This document shows positions 1-8,960 of a DNA stretch of 64,000 bases, piece by piece (within the stretch, counting starts at the first letter, position 1; each line of letters starts with the position of its first letter). The DNA lies in NCBI GenBank assembly GCA_903884185.1, contig CAISDV010000171.1, positions 1,729-65,728 on the forward strand, in the 5' to 3' direction. Made by a program: the position numbers and the translations under genes. This DNA is from an uncultured Chitinophagaceae bacterium (GTDB lineage: Bacteria > Bacteroidota > Bacteroidia > Chitinophagales > Chitinophagaceae). The notes beneath the pieces were generated by a model. That model was not told where the DNA came from. It saw only the letters and a program-made list of their open reading frames with translations, and searched no databases.

Positions 1-1174
1 TATAAAATTCATATTCCACCAACCCATAATGTACCAACAATGCACCACTATGCGCATCTACATTAGGCCATGGATTTTTGATCTTGCCAAGTGATTGCAA
101 TATTGGCGGAACAGTATCATAAATATTCCAAACAGTATTTACCAGCTTATCATCGGGCATATGTTTTTTTCCAAACTCCATCTGCGCTGTAAAACGCGGA
201 TCGGTCTTACGCAATACGGCATGGCCATATCCCGGTACCACTTTACCTGATGTCAAAGTTTTTTGAACATACTCTGCGATCTGTTCTTTGGATGGAGAAT
301 CGCTTCCCAATTCCTGCTGCATTTCAAATATCCATTTGATCACTTCCTGGTTGGCCAATCCGTGCAAAGGGCCAGCCAGCCCATTCATTCCTGCAGCATA
401 ACTTAAATATGGATCGCTTAATGCACTTCCCACCAAATGCGTGGTGTGTGCACTTACATTACCACCTTCATGATCGGCATGAATGGTCATGTACAAACGC
501 ATGAGCTCATGAAAACTTTCATCTTCATATCCCATCATATGTGCAAAATTTCCTGCCCAGTCCAGCAAACCATTGGGATGAATATGTTCTTTGTCCTTGT
601 ATTTGCGGCGATAGATATATGCAGCAATGCGCGGCAACCTGGCTATCAGGTCCATCGCATCATCATACATGGGGTTCCAGTAATCTTTTTTATTGATGCC
701 CTTTGCATATTCTTTTGCAAAATTACTTTCGGTCTGCAATGCCATCACACCCACTACAAACATCGTCATTGGATGTGCGTTCAACGGCAGCTTATCTATT
801 GTTGCAAAAACATGATTAGGAACATGGCTGCGGCGCTGCCAGGTGCTGGTAAGATGGTCTACATCCTCTTTTGTTGGCAACTCACCCAATAACATTAAAT
901 AGAACAAACCTTCCGGCAAAGGTTCTCCTCCTTCAATAGCAGCGGGTAATTTCTGTTGCAGTTCAGGAATAGAATACCCGCGAAAACGAATGCCTTCCTG
1001 TGCATCGAGTAAAGAAGTTTCTGTAACCAATCCCGTAATACCACGCATTCCCTGGTAGACCTGCGAAAGCGTTACTTCGCCTATTTTTTTGCCGCCATGT
1101 TCTTTCAGCATCTCTTTGATCTGCGTATTGGCTGCATCTGCTTTGATCTTGAATGTGTCCTTAATAATTCCCAT
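1..1174 (-). CDS. gltA: citrate synthase (partial, C-terminus beyond left edge)
   Basis: Not in ORF track because no stop lies inside the window. My translation of the minus strand from ATG at 1172-1174 gives MGIIKDTFKIKADAANTQIKEMLKEHGGKKIGEVTLSQVYQGMRGI..., later MTIHADHEGGNVSAHT and GPLHGLANQEV, the citrate synthase signatures. Confidence 0.9.
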   Translation of the reverse strand, partial: MGIIKDTFKIKADAANTQIKEMLKEHGGKKIGEVTLSQVYQGMRGITGLVTETSLLDAQEGIRFRGYSIPELQQKLPAAIEGGEPLPEGLFYLMLLGELPTKEDVDHLTSTWQRRSHVPNHVFATIDKLPLNAHPMTMFVVGVMALQTESNFAKEYAKGINKKDYWNPMYDDAMDLIARLPRIAAYIYRRKYKDKEHIHPNGLLDWAGNFAHMMGYEDESFHELMRLYMTIHADHEGGNVSAHTTHLVGSALSDPYLSYAAGMNGLAGPLHGLANQEVIKWIFEMQQELGSDSPSKEQIAEYVQKTLTSGKVVPGYGHAVLRKTDPRFTAQMEFGKKHMPDDKLVNTVWNIYDTVPPILQSLGKIKNPWPNVDAHSGALLVHYGLVEYEFY

Positions 1175-1335
1175 GATATTGTTGTATTTAGATAAGCCTG
1201 CGCTTAAAATGGTAGCGATCTTATGTGAAATTTTCCCTGTTAAACCCCGTATCACAGAAGGATTTGAACAGGCGTTAAAGGTAAAAGAACTTGCCCTTTG
1301 CAGCAAAAGATTTACACGAGTGACACAGGAATGTG

Positions 1336-2436
1336 CTATTTGGGCGCTCTACGGTAGAGAGCGATCACCACAAATACAAAAATGATATTTGGTGTCCAGG
1401 CCGCTAATATCGGAGGGAAATTTCCTTTGGTGGAAAAGACGGTTGAGAATTTATCAGCCAGTATGAACAAAGCGGCAATGATCAATCCCATGGCGAGATG
1501 CAGCCCACTACCTCCCCTCACTTTTCTGCCCGCAACAATGGCGCCGATAAGTGTTAGCAGGATAACTGTGACGGGGGTGGCATCCCTCCTCCCCATCTCC
1601 ACTTTTAATTCATTCAGTCCTTCCGAACCACGCATTTCTTCGAGATTGATTTGCCTTCGGAGATCCGGGGATTCTAATTTATCTTTTGTGTATTTATCCG
1701 TTTTGAGATCTGAGGGACGAAAATTAAAATCTGTATTCTGTGACTGATAAAAAACAACTTTTTCATGCATTCCGTTGAAATCATGTTTCACCACATAATT
1801 CATTCTCCATTTTTTTGTAGCTGTATCCCAGAAAATATCACTCGCCCGCAAATTTTCGACCACCACATTATTCTTAATGCGATACATAAAAAAAGGCTGG
1901 CCTCTTTTAGAAGCAGTATCATAATTTCCAAGGCTTGCATAGGAAAATGAATCGACCTTGAGATAAATATTATTACTGCCGCCATTCATCCTATTGATGG
2001 CTTCATAAGATGAATTGGGATCAAAATATTTTGTTTCAAATGCCCCGCGTACCTGGTTTGACCTTGGAACAAGATAATGATTGGCGTACCATAGTAGCCC
2101 TGCCAGGAAAACACCACCGATCAAGTAAGGCCGTAACCAACGGTTGAAACTGGCGCCGCTGGCAAGTATGGCAATGATCTCGCTGCGCACCGCCATTTTG
2201 GAAGTAAAAAAGATCACGGCAATAAAAACAAAAAGCGGGAAGAGCAAAGCAGCCATGTAGGGCACAAAAGCAATATAATATTGCAGGATGATGTTTTTAA
2301 CACCAAGGTGCGACTTGACAAAATCATCTGCCTTCTCACTGATGTCCACCACAATTGCAATGACTGTGAATAAAAAGATGGCAAAGAAAAAAGTGAGAAT
2401 GAATTTCTTCAGTATGTACCAGTCTATTTTTTTCAT
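1336..2436 (-). CDS. LptF/LptG family permease (YjgP/YjgQ)
   Basis: 366 aa, ATG start, N-terminus MKKIDWYILKKFILTFFFAIFLF typical of the family, multiple TM segments with large periplasmic loop. Confidence 0.85.
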   Translation of the reverse strand: MKKIDWYILKKFILTFFFAIFLFTVIAIVVDISEKADDFVKSHLGVKNIILQYYIAFVPYMAALLFPLFVFIAVIFFTSKMAVRSEIIAILASGASFNRWLRPYLIGGVFLAGLLWYANHYLVPRSNQVRGAFETKYFDPNSSYEAINRMNGGSNNIYLKVDSFSYASLGNYDTASKRGQPFFMYRIKNNVVVENLRASDIFWDTATKKWRMNYVVKHDFNGMHEKVVFYQSQNTDFNFRPSDLKTDKYTKDKLESPDLRRQINLEEMRGSEGLNELKVEMGRRDATPVTVILLTLIGAIVAGRKVRGGSGLHLAMGLIIAALFILADKFSTVFSTKGNFPPILAAWTPNIIFVFVVIALYRRAPK

Positions 2437-2706
2437 TCTTTACAGCTAACTGCAAAGATAATTGCATAGCGGGATAGCGGGCAGAAAAGGATGTTAATTG
2501 ATTTGCTCAGGCACGCTGTCCGCCTGAGGCGGAACTTCGTAAAAAAATACACCCATGAAGATGGATGTATTAATACGGCATCATAGGTAACGGATTAGTA
2601 AGTGATGTGAAGCTAATAATAACAGGTAAGCATCAGGCTGTTTCATTGTGCAGGTGGATAAAGAAAAAATGGTTTTGCAATTATCCACATCCTGTTTTGC
2701 GGGTGG

Positions 2707-2769
2707 TTTCACGCCCGTCCGAATGGCTTAGCCGGGCGGGCAAAGACGCAAAGGAGCCAAGGCGCAAAG
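2707..2769. repeat. word-hairpin arm, family d (TTCACGCAAAGACGCAAAGG type), interrupted
   Basis: tttcacg + insert + caaagacgcaaaggagccaaggcgcaaag; degenerate partner arm downstream (about 2781-2810). Confidence 0.6.
2714..2740. mobile_element. 27-nt GC-rich palindromic mini-element nested in an intergenic word-hairpin
   Basis: CCCGTCCGAATGGCTTAGCCGGGCGGG splits tttcacg|caaagacgcaaagg; the uninterrupted string tttcacgcaaagacgc occurs at 57623. Confidence 0.6.
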
Positions 2770-2850
2770 TTATTTAGGGATCCTTGCTCTTTTTTTGTTT
2801 TGCTGTCTGGCTAAGTCTAATATTTGGGAAGGATGAGAAGGTGCAGCTAC

Positions 2851-3990
2851 TTATAAACGTTGCTTTAATTGTGGTATCATGGCAGCCTTCCATGAAAGGA
2901 AAGTATCTGCCAGGATATATTTGCGGGCCTCACTTACCAGCCAGAGATAAAAAGAAAGGTTGTGTATGCTGGCTATTTGCAAGCCGAGGATCTCATCGGC
3001 AACAAATAAATGCCGCAGGTAAGCTTTGCTATAATAATTGCTTGTTTCGCAAGGGAAACCTTCATCGATCACGGAAATATCGGTTGCCCATTTTTTATTT
3101 CTTATGTTGATGATACCCTGCGAAGTGAAGAGCATTCCGTTTCTTCCATTACGCGTTGGCATCACACAATCAAACATGTCAACACCGAGGCTGATGGCTT
3201 CGAGGATATTCCACGGAGTACCCACTCCCATTAAATAACGCGGTTTATCCGCAGGCAAAATATCACAACACAATTCAGTGAACTCGTACATCATTTCTTC
3301 AGGCTCTCCCACACTCAATCCGCCAATAGCATTGCCCGCAGCGTGTTTGGAGGCAACATATTCAGAAGAAACTGTGCGAAGGTCTTTATAAATGCCGCCC
3401 TGAACAATTGGGAAAAGATTTTGCGTATGGCCATATTTGCCCTCGGTCTCATTCAGCCTTTCTATACATGCGTCCAACCAGCGATGCGTTAACTCCATGC
3501 TTTGCTTTACATATTTGTATTCGCTGGGATGAGGCGGGCATTCATCAAATGCCATAATAATATCGGCACCAATACTTCTTTGAATGTCCATCACTTTCGC
3601 CGGACTGAATAAATGCCTGCTGCCATCAATATGAGATTGAAACATCACACCTTCTTCAGCGATCTTCCTGTTGGCGGACAAAGAAAATACCTGGTAACCG
3701 CCGCTATCGGTGAGTATGGGCCTGTCCCAACCCATGAATTTATGCAGGCCACCACAGGTTTTCAGTACTTCTATACCCGGCCGCAAATAAAGATGATAGG
3801 TATTGCCAAGAATGATCTGCGCTTTTATTTCTTCCTTCAGTTGCTGTTGTGTTACAGCTTTTACGCTACCCACAGTGCCCACAGGCATAAAGATCGGGGT
3901 CAATATCTCGCCATGATCCGTGCTGATCTTGCCCGCCCTTGCTTTCGTATGGGTATTTGTTGATTCTAATTGAAAACTTAATGCTGCCAT
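2851..3990 (-). CDS. tgt: tRNA-guanine transglycosylase (queuine tRNA-ribosyltransferase)
   Basis: Track ORF 2851..4086 trimmed to ATG at 3990 (MAALSFQLESTNTHTKARAGKISTDHGEILTPIFMPVGT); motifs TDSGGYQVFSL, LFPIVQGG, GLSVGEP. The upstream extension crosses a low-complexity repeat. Confidence 0.9.
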   Translation of the reverse strand: MAALSFQLESTNTHTKARAGKISTDHGEILTPIFMPVGTVGSVKAVTQQQLKEEIKAQIILGNTYHLYLRPGIEVLKTCGGLHKFMGWDRPILTDSGGYQVFSLSANRKIAEEGVMFQSHIDGSRHLFSPAKVMDIQRSIGADIIMAFDECPPHPSEYKYVKQSMELTHRWLDACIERLNETEGKYGHTQNLFPIVQGGIYKDLRTVSSEYVASKHAAGNAIGGLSVGEPEEMMYEFTELCCDILPADKPRYLMGVGTPWNILEAISLGVDMFDCVMPTRNGRNGMLFTSQGIINIRNKKWATDISVIDEGFPCETSNYYSKAYLRHLFVADEILGLQIASIHNLSFYLWLVSEARKYILADTFLSWKAAMIPQLKQRL

Positions 3991-4061
3991 GAATAAGTAC
4001 TGATGGTAAAAGAAAGCAAATTTACATACAAGAAAGCAAAGCATGGTATGATACCGGATAT

Positions 4062-4094
4062 ACATCGTACATCCCACATCTAACATCTAACATC
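4062..4094. repeat. 7-nt periodic stutter tract (ACATCNN)
   Basis: acatcgt acatccc acatcta acatcta acatc, in the divergent tgt / GT2 promoter gap. Confidence 0.8.
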
Positions 4095-4161
4095 AAATGA
4101 ATTCTTTTCCACATACGCACACATACCCCGTTGCAAGATATCTAAACATTATTTTTGCAGA

Positions 4162-5286
4162 ATGACGATACCACCCGAAACCTGGGAGATCCTGTTTTAC
4201 GTTTTTTGCGGCATCATTACTTTCCAGGTGTTTTATTACCTGATATTTTTCTGCAGGCTCGCTTTTTACAAACCCAAGGCAAGACAGGAAAATTTTGATC
4301 ATCCAGTGTCTGTGATCGTTTGTGCAAGAGACGAGGCCAATAACCTTGTGAAAAATCTACCAGGAGTATTGGTGCAGCAATACCAGTCAACCCACGAGAT
4401 AGTGGTTGTAAATGATAATTCTTTGGATGAAAGCAAGTATATATTAGACGAGTTTAAAAAATCATTCAAGAATCTCAATCACCTTGAATTAACACAAGAA
4501 GCAAAATTTATCATCGGGAAGAAATTCCCTTTGTCCATGGGTATCAAAAGCGCGAAGTATGAAACGCTGTTACTGACCGATGCAGATTGTGTTCCCGCTT
4601 CTGAATTGTGGATACAAAAAATGCAGGAGGGTTATGGCGAAGGAATTGAGATCGTATTGGGTTATGGTGCCTATCATAAAAAATCAGGCTTGCTGAATAA
4701 GCTCATTCGCTTTGAAACCTATTTTACAGCGCTCCAGTATTTTTCATTCGCACTTGCAGGCATACCATATATGGGCGTAGGCAGGAACCTGAGTTATAAA
4801 AGAGAAGTATTTATCCGTAACAAAGGGTTTTCATCCATCAACCAGATACCGAGCGGTGATGATGATCTGTTTATTAACCAGGTTGCGACAAGAAAAAATA
4901 CAGCGATCGTGATCGATCATGCGGCGCATACTTTGAGCGAACCGAAAACTTCATGGGGCGAATGGAGCCGGCAGAAATTCAGGCATTATACCACTTCTAA
5001 ATTCTATCGTGCTAAACATAAGTTCTGGTTGGGATTACATTCCATTACTTTATTCTTTTTATATCCTTTGCTGGCCGTGAGTATTATTTTTTATAACTGG
5101 TGGATGCCGCTGGCAGTGTTCGGCGTGCGCTTTTTTTTACAGGCGATGGTATATTATAGGACAATGAAGAAATTAAATGAAAAGGATCTTTGGCCCTGGT
5201 TCCTTTTCTTTGACCTGTGGATGTTCTTCTATTATATTTTCTTTGTTCCCGCCATCTGGAGAAAGCCGAGGAAGAACTGGGAATGA
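4162..5286 (+). CDS. glycosyltransferase family 2, membrane-associated
   Basis: 374 aa; VSVIVCARDEANNL, VVVNDNSLDES, TDADCVP (DxD) motifs, C-terminal TM helices. Confidence 0.8.
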   Translation: MTIPPETWEILFYVFCGIITFQVFYYLIFFCRLAFYKPKARQENFDHPVSVIVCARDEANNLVKNLPGVLVQQYQSTHEIVVVNDNSLDESKYILDEFKKSFKNLNHLELTQEAKFIIGKKFPLSMGIKSAKYETLLLTDADCVPASELWIQKMQEGYGEGIEIVLGYGAYHKKSGLLNKLIRFETYFTALQYFSFALAGIPYMGVGRNLSYKREVFIRNKGFSSINQIPSGDDDLFINQVATRKNTAIVIDHAAHTLSEPKTSWGEWSRQKFRHYTTSKFYRAKHKFWLGLHSITLFFLYPLLAVSIIFYNWWMPLAVFGVRFFLQAMVYYRTMKKLNEKDLWPWFLFFDLWMFFYYIFFVPAIWRKPRKNWE

Positions 5287-5292
5287 TGATAA

Positions 5293-5361
5293 TGTACGAT
5301 GTACGATTTTTGATTACTCTGGAGTGCATGTGTCCCTTGTGTCTTCCTTGGGTCCCTTGTA
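5293..5361. repeat. stutter tracts (GTACGAT x2; GTCCCTTGT words)
   Basis: tgtacgatgtacgat at 5293-5307 and gtgtcccttgtgtcttccttgggtcccttgta at 5330-5361, between the GT2 stop and the rsmG start. Confidence 0.7.
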
Positions 5362-5387
5362 TTTAAATTGATTGCTAATTCTTTCCG

Positions 5388-6017
5388 ATGATAGATATCC
5401 TCTATAAATATTTTTCTGATTTTACCCCGCAACAAATTCAGCAATTTGAAGCGATCGGGCCATTATACAAGGAATGGAATGAAAAGATCAATGTAATCTC
5501 GCGAAAAGATATTGATAGTATTTACCTGCATCATATACTTCATTCATTAAGTATTGCCGCAGTAGCAGAACTGGCTCCAGGTACGCGTGTAATTGATATT
5601 GGCTCTGGTGGCGGTTTCCCGGGAGTTCCGTTGGCTATCTTTTTTCCTGAAGTAAAGTTTCATCTCGTTGATAGTATTGGCAAGAAATTAAAAGTGGTGG
5701 AAGCTGTTTGCGAAGGCGCCAATATCAAGAACATTACCACACAGCATACAAGAGCGGAAGAAATAAAGAACAGAAAATTTGATCTTGCGGTAAGCCGTGC
5801 TGTTGCACCTTTAAAAGATCTGTGGAAATGGAGCGCTCCCCTCCTCACCAAACAAAACAAAGCAGGTAATCATGCCAATGGGCTGATTTGCTTAAAGGGC
5901 GGCGACCTGCACCAGGAAATTTTTGAAAGTGATACCCGGCCAAAAATGATGGGTATCTATTCTATCTTCAAAGAAGAATATTTTCAGGAGAAATTTTTGT
6001 TGTATGTGCCGAAGTAG
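5388..6017 (+). CDS. rsmG: 16S rRNA (guanine527-N7)-methyltransferase
   Basis: 209 aa; IDIGSGGGFPGVPLAI SAM-binding motif and overall GidB-like layout. Confidence 0.85.
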   Translation: MIDILYKYFSDFTPQQIQQFEAIGPLYKEWNEKINVISRKDIDSIYLHHILHSLSIAAVAELAPGTRVIDIGSGGGFPGVPLAIFFPEVKFHLVDSIGKKLKVVEAVCEGANIKNITTQHTRAEEIKNRKFDLAVSRAVAPLKDLWKWSAPLLTKQNKAGNHANGLICLKGGDLHQEIFESDTRPKMMGIYSIFKEEYFQEKFLLYVPK

Positions 6018-6023
6018 TATGCA

Positions 6024-6154
6024 CCGTCATTTCGAACATCGCCAAAGGCGAGTGAGAAATCTCTACGGCAACATGATCACGTTAAGATTTCTCACCCGCG
6101 TATCATGATCCATAAAAAAAATATACTTCGTTTACGCGGGGTTCGAAATGACGG
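6024..6154. repeat. 131-bp nested palindromic element (MITE-like or structured RNA)
   Basis: Outer perfect 14-bp arms ccgtcatttcgaac (6024-37) / gttcgaaatgacgg (6141-54); inner hairpins gtgagaaatct/agatttctcac (6052-62/6085-95) and cgcgta/tacgcg (6097-6102/6133-38). Confidence 0.7.
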
Positions 6155-6162
6155 GCCCGCTT

Positions 6163-8103
6163 TTAATCCGGTATCACCAACTTATTATTCGCCTTATTCA
6201 TATCCGCCATTCTTTGTGTTGGGTCTATCTCAATTGATTTAATATCCCTGATATTTCTGGTCGTTTCAAAAATATATTCCGGATGCGTCCACTTCCATTC
6301 TGTATGAACAATTCTTGGCGTGGCATCTTCTGCAGGTTTTTCGCCATACATCATGTTCAATGGAATATAATGCATCTCCTGAGTTCCATCTTTAAATGTC
6401 AGCAACACATCTATCGGCATGGGCATTTTACCAAGGCGTTTTAAAGTGATCTGCGTTTTGCCATCTTTTAAATTAATATCACCCACCGCATAATCGATTG
6501 TCTTGATGCTGTTCACCCAATATTCCTTATACCATTGCAATTCAAGTCCGCTGACCTTTTCTGCTACGCGGATAAAATCATTGGCATTCGGATGTTTGAA
6601 AGCCCATAAGCGGTAATATTCATGCAAGACATGATTGCGCACTGTATCTCCAATGATATATCCAAGCTGTGCCATGAATGTGGCACCTTTTGAATAAGCA
6701 TCAGCCTGGTATGCAAAATTGGTATTGTAATGGTCTGCATGTGTTGACAATGGCTCTTCTAAGGGGCTTCTCGCCAGGGAAAAATAACCTTCGTAATTAC
6801 TCCATTGTGCTTTTGGTAACCTATTGGTGATCTTTGCGGAATCTAATGTAACCTGCAACCGCTGCTTTGCCCTATCACTCAGATAAGGAGATTTGGTTGC
6901 AAAATTTGCATTGTAATAATCACTCACTTCACTCTCCGCATAACTAGTGAACCCTTCATCCATCCATGAAAATAAACTTTCATTGGTGCCCATCATGTGC
7001 TGGTACCAGCTATGCATCCATTCGTGAAAAACTGTTCCCAGGCTCGCGCTCTTGATAAGCGTGGCCATCGCATATTCCATTCCGCCATCACCACCTTGTA
7101 TAAAAGAATATTGCGGCCATGGATATTTGCCAAACCTGCTTTCCATATAAGGCAGCGCTTTTTCTGCAGCCCATAATACATTGTTCCAACTGCTGTCTGT
7201 GCGTTCGTTGCCAGCTTTATAAAAAGCATGCAGCACCGTTGTTCCAACTTTCTTGGAAATATGTTTGAAATTATTATCAGCCGCCCAAACAAAGTCGTGG
7301 ATATTTTCCCCCTTGAAATTCCAGGTAATCGTGTTGCCTGCAATTGGCGGGACCTTTGTACCCGGTGTTTCAAATCCAAAACCTATCAGGTTCGGGTTTT
7401 GTAAAACACCTGTTGCAGCCACCATATAAGTTTTGTCGAGCGTGATCTTTACATCATAATCACCCCACACACCATAAAATTCGCGGGCTATGTAAGGATT
7501 CGCATTCCATCCCTGGTAATCGTATTCCACCATTTTAGGGTACCACTGGCTCATGCTGTAACGCACGCCTTCGGCATTATCGCGACCGCTCCTGCGTATC
7601 TGTACCGGAACCTGTGCTTCAAAAACAATATCCATCATGGTTTTGCTGTGCGGCAGCAAAGCTTTATCCAGTTTTACTTCCAGTATCGTTTCATATTCGC
7701 GAAGCTTTTGCTCTTTGCCATTGATGATAACGCTCTTCACTCGCTGGTATCCGATCTCTGTCTCACTGAGTTTGCTGATACGGTCTTTTACACGTGCATC
7801 CCAATCGGGAACATCATCTCCTCTCCTGTTTTTGAGCATGATCTTGCCAAGTTCCCTGCTGCGAACATCCATACCACTGTTAGGCTGAAATGCATTCCAG
7901 TATAAATGGAAGAACACATGATTGAGTGTATCGGGGGAGTTATTGGTGTATTCGAGTTTCTCTGTTCCTGTAAAACGGTTGGTGATCACATCCATGTTTA
8001 CATTGATATTGTATTTGATGCGTTGCTGCCATCTTTCGGGTTGTGCAGAAACAAGGGTTGAAAAACACAATAATAACAGGATGAGGGGTAGTGTTATTTT
8101 CAT
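6163..8103 (-). CDS. M1 family metallopeptidase, secreted
   Basis: 646 aa; signal peptide, zinc motif HEWMHSW...WMDEGFTSY (HExxH + E). Confidence 0.85.
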   Translation of the reverse strand: MKITLPLILLLLCFSTLVSAQPERWQQRIKYNINVNMDVITNRFTGTEKLEYTNNSPDTLNHVFFHLYWNAFQPNSGMDVRSRELGKIMLKNRRGDDVPDWDARVKDRISKLSETEIGYQRVKSVIINGKEQKLREYETILEVKLDKALLPHSKTMMDIVFEAQVPVQIRRSGRDNAEGVRYSMSQWYPKMVEYDYQGWNANPYIAREFYGVWGDYDVKITLDKTYMVAATGVLQNPNLIGFGFETPGTKVPPIAGNTITWNFKGENIHDFVWAADNNFKHISKKVGTTVLHAFYKAGNERTDSSWNNVLWAAEKALPYMESRFGKYPWPQYSFIQGGDGGMEYAMATLIKSASLGTVFHEWMHSWYQHMMGTNESLFSWMDEGFTSYAESEVSDYYNANFATKSPYLSDRAKQRLQVTLDSAKITNRLPKAQWSNYEGYFSLARSPLEEPLSTHADHYNTNFAYQADAYSKGATFMAQLGYIIGDTVRNHVLHEYYRLWAFKHPNANDFIRVAEKVSGLELQWYKEYWVNSIKTIDYAVGDINLKDGKTQITLKRLGKMPMPIDVLLTFKDGTQEMHYIPLNMMYGEKPAEDATPRIVHTEWKWTHPEYIFETTRNIRDIKSIEIDPTQRMADMNKANNKLVIPD

Positions 8104-8140
8104 AGAGGTGCTTTTATAGGGGTCAAATATATTATTCTTT

Positions 8141-8216
8141 TCACCGCAGAGACGCAGAGACAGGGAGAAACGGGGAGATATCTCGGCGAACCTCCCCGTC
8201 TCCCCGCCTCCCCGGT
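8141..8216. repeat. word-hairpin, family a (CACCGCAGAGACGCAGAG / CTCCCCGCCTCCCC type)
   Basis: tcaccgcagagacgcagagacagggagaaacggggag ... cctccccgtctccccgcctccccggt; between the M1 peptidase start and the rsmI stop. Confidence 0.8.
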
Positions 8217-8233
8217 AAAAATTATAAAATCTC

Positions 8234-8902
8234 TTATTCTTCTTTTCCTGCTAAAACAATCACGATCTCACCCTTGACTGCTTTTGCACTAAAATGTGCA
8301 CACACTTCTGCCAGGCTGCCGCGCTTATTCTCTTCAAACATTTTGGTAAGTTCCCTTGAAACAGCGCATTGCCTATCAGCTCCAAAATAAATAATGAATT
8401 CTTCGAGTGTTTTTAGCAGCCTCATGGGACTTTCATAAAACACCATTGTTCTTTCTTCTTCCGCCAGTTGCTTTAATAATGTTTGCCTCCCTTTTTTTGG
8501 GGGAAGAAAACCCTCAAATACAAAACGGTTGGTGGGTATGCCGCTATTCACCAATGCAGGAACAAATGCCGTAGCGCCGGGAAGCGATTCTACTTTCACA
8601 TCATTCTTGATACATTCCCTCACCAATAAAAATGCAGGATCCGAAATACCCGGCGTGCCGGCATCTGTTATCAATGCCATTGTTTTACCGGCTTTTAACT
8701 GGGTGACAATATGCTCCACTATCTTATGTTCATTATGCTGGTGATAAGGAGAAACGGGTTTTTGAATATTATAATGATTGAGTAGTTTGGAAGATGTTCT
8801 CGTATCCTCACACAATATCACATCTACCTGTTGCAATATTTCTAATGCACGGAAAGTGATGTCTTTTAAGTTACCGAGAGGTGTGGGAACGAGGTAAAGC
8901 AT
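8234..8902 (-). CDS. rsmI: 16S rRNA (cytidine1402-2'-O)-methyltransferase
   Basis: 222 aa; MLYLVPTPLGNLKDITFRALEILQQVDVILCEDTR, TDAGTPGISDP tetrapyrrole-methylase fold motifs. Confidence 0.9.
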   Translation of the reverse strand: MLYLVPTPLGNLKDITFRALEILQQVDVILCEDTRTSSKLLNHYNIQKPVSPYHQHNEHKIVEHIVTQLKAGKTMALITDAGTPGISDPAFLLVRECIKNDVKVESLPGATAFVPALVNSGIPTNRFVFEGFLPPKKGRQTLLKQLAEEERTMVFYESPMRLLKTLEEFIIYFGADRQCAVSRELTKMFEENKRGSLAEVCAHFSAKAVKGEIVIVLAGKEE

Positions 8903-8909
8903 GGGGCAA

Positions 8910-8940
8910 TTTACGATGTACGATTTGGGATTTACGATTT
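8910..8940. repeat. 7-nt periodic stutter tract (TTACGAT family)
   Basis: ttacgat gtacgat ttgggat ttacgat tt, 8 nt upstream of the rsmI ATG. Confidence 0.8.
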
Positions 8941-8960
8941 ATGTTAATACTCGAAATTAT

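Noticed and set aside
437-1385. Plus-strand ORFs 437..892 and 1089..1385 at the left edge.
   Set aside because: Both lie antisense to or overlapping the clear citrate synthase reading frame (1..1174, minus strand) and have Cys/His/Ile-rich nonsense composition.
2653-2689. Two DnaA-box-like 9-mers in inverted orientation (ggtggataa at 2653-2661; TTATCCACA, the perfect consensus, at 2681-2689) in the 414-bp lptFG-tgt gap hint at an origin.
   Set aside because: There are only two boxes and no AT-rich unwinding element cluster or dnaA/dnaN nearby. The pair also forms a simple 8-bp hairpin, so two boxes are insufficient to call oriC.
6138-6160. ggggttcgaaatgacggg resembles a tRNA T-arm (GGTTCGAA).
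   Set aside because: No acceptor, D or anticodon arms can be drawn around it. It is the right terminal arm of the 131-bp nested palindrome.
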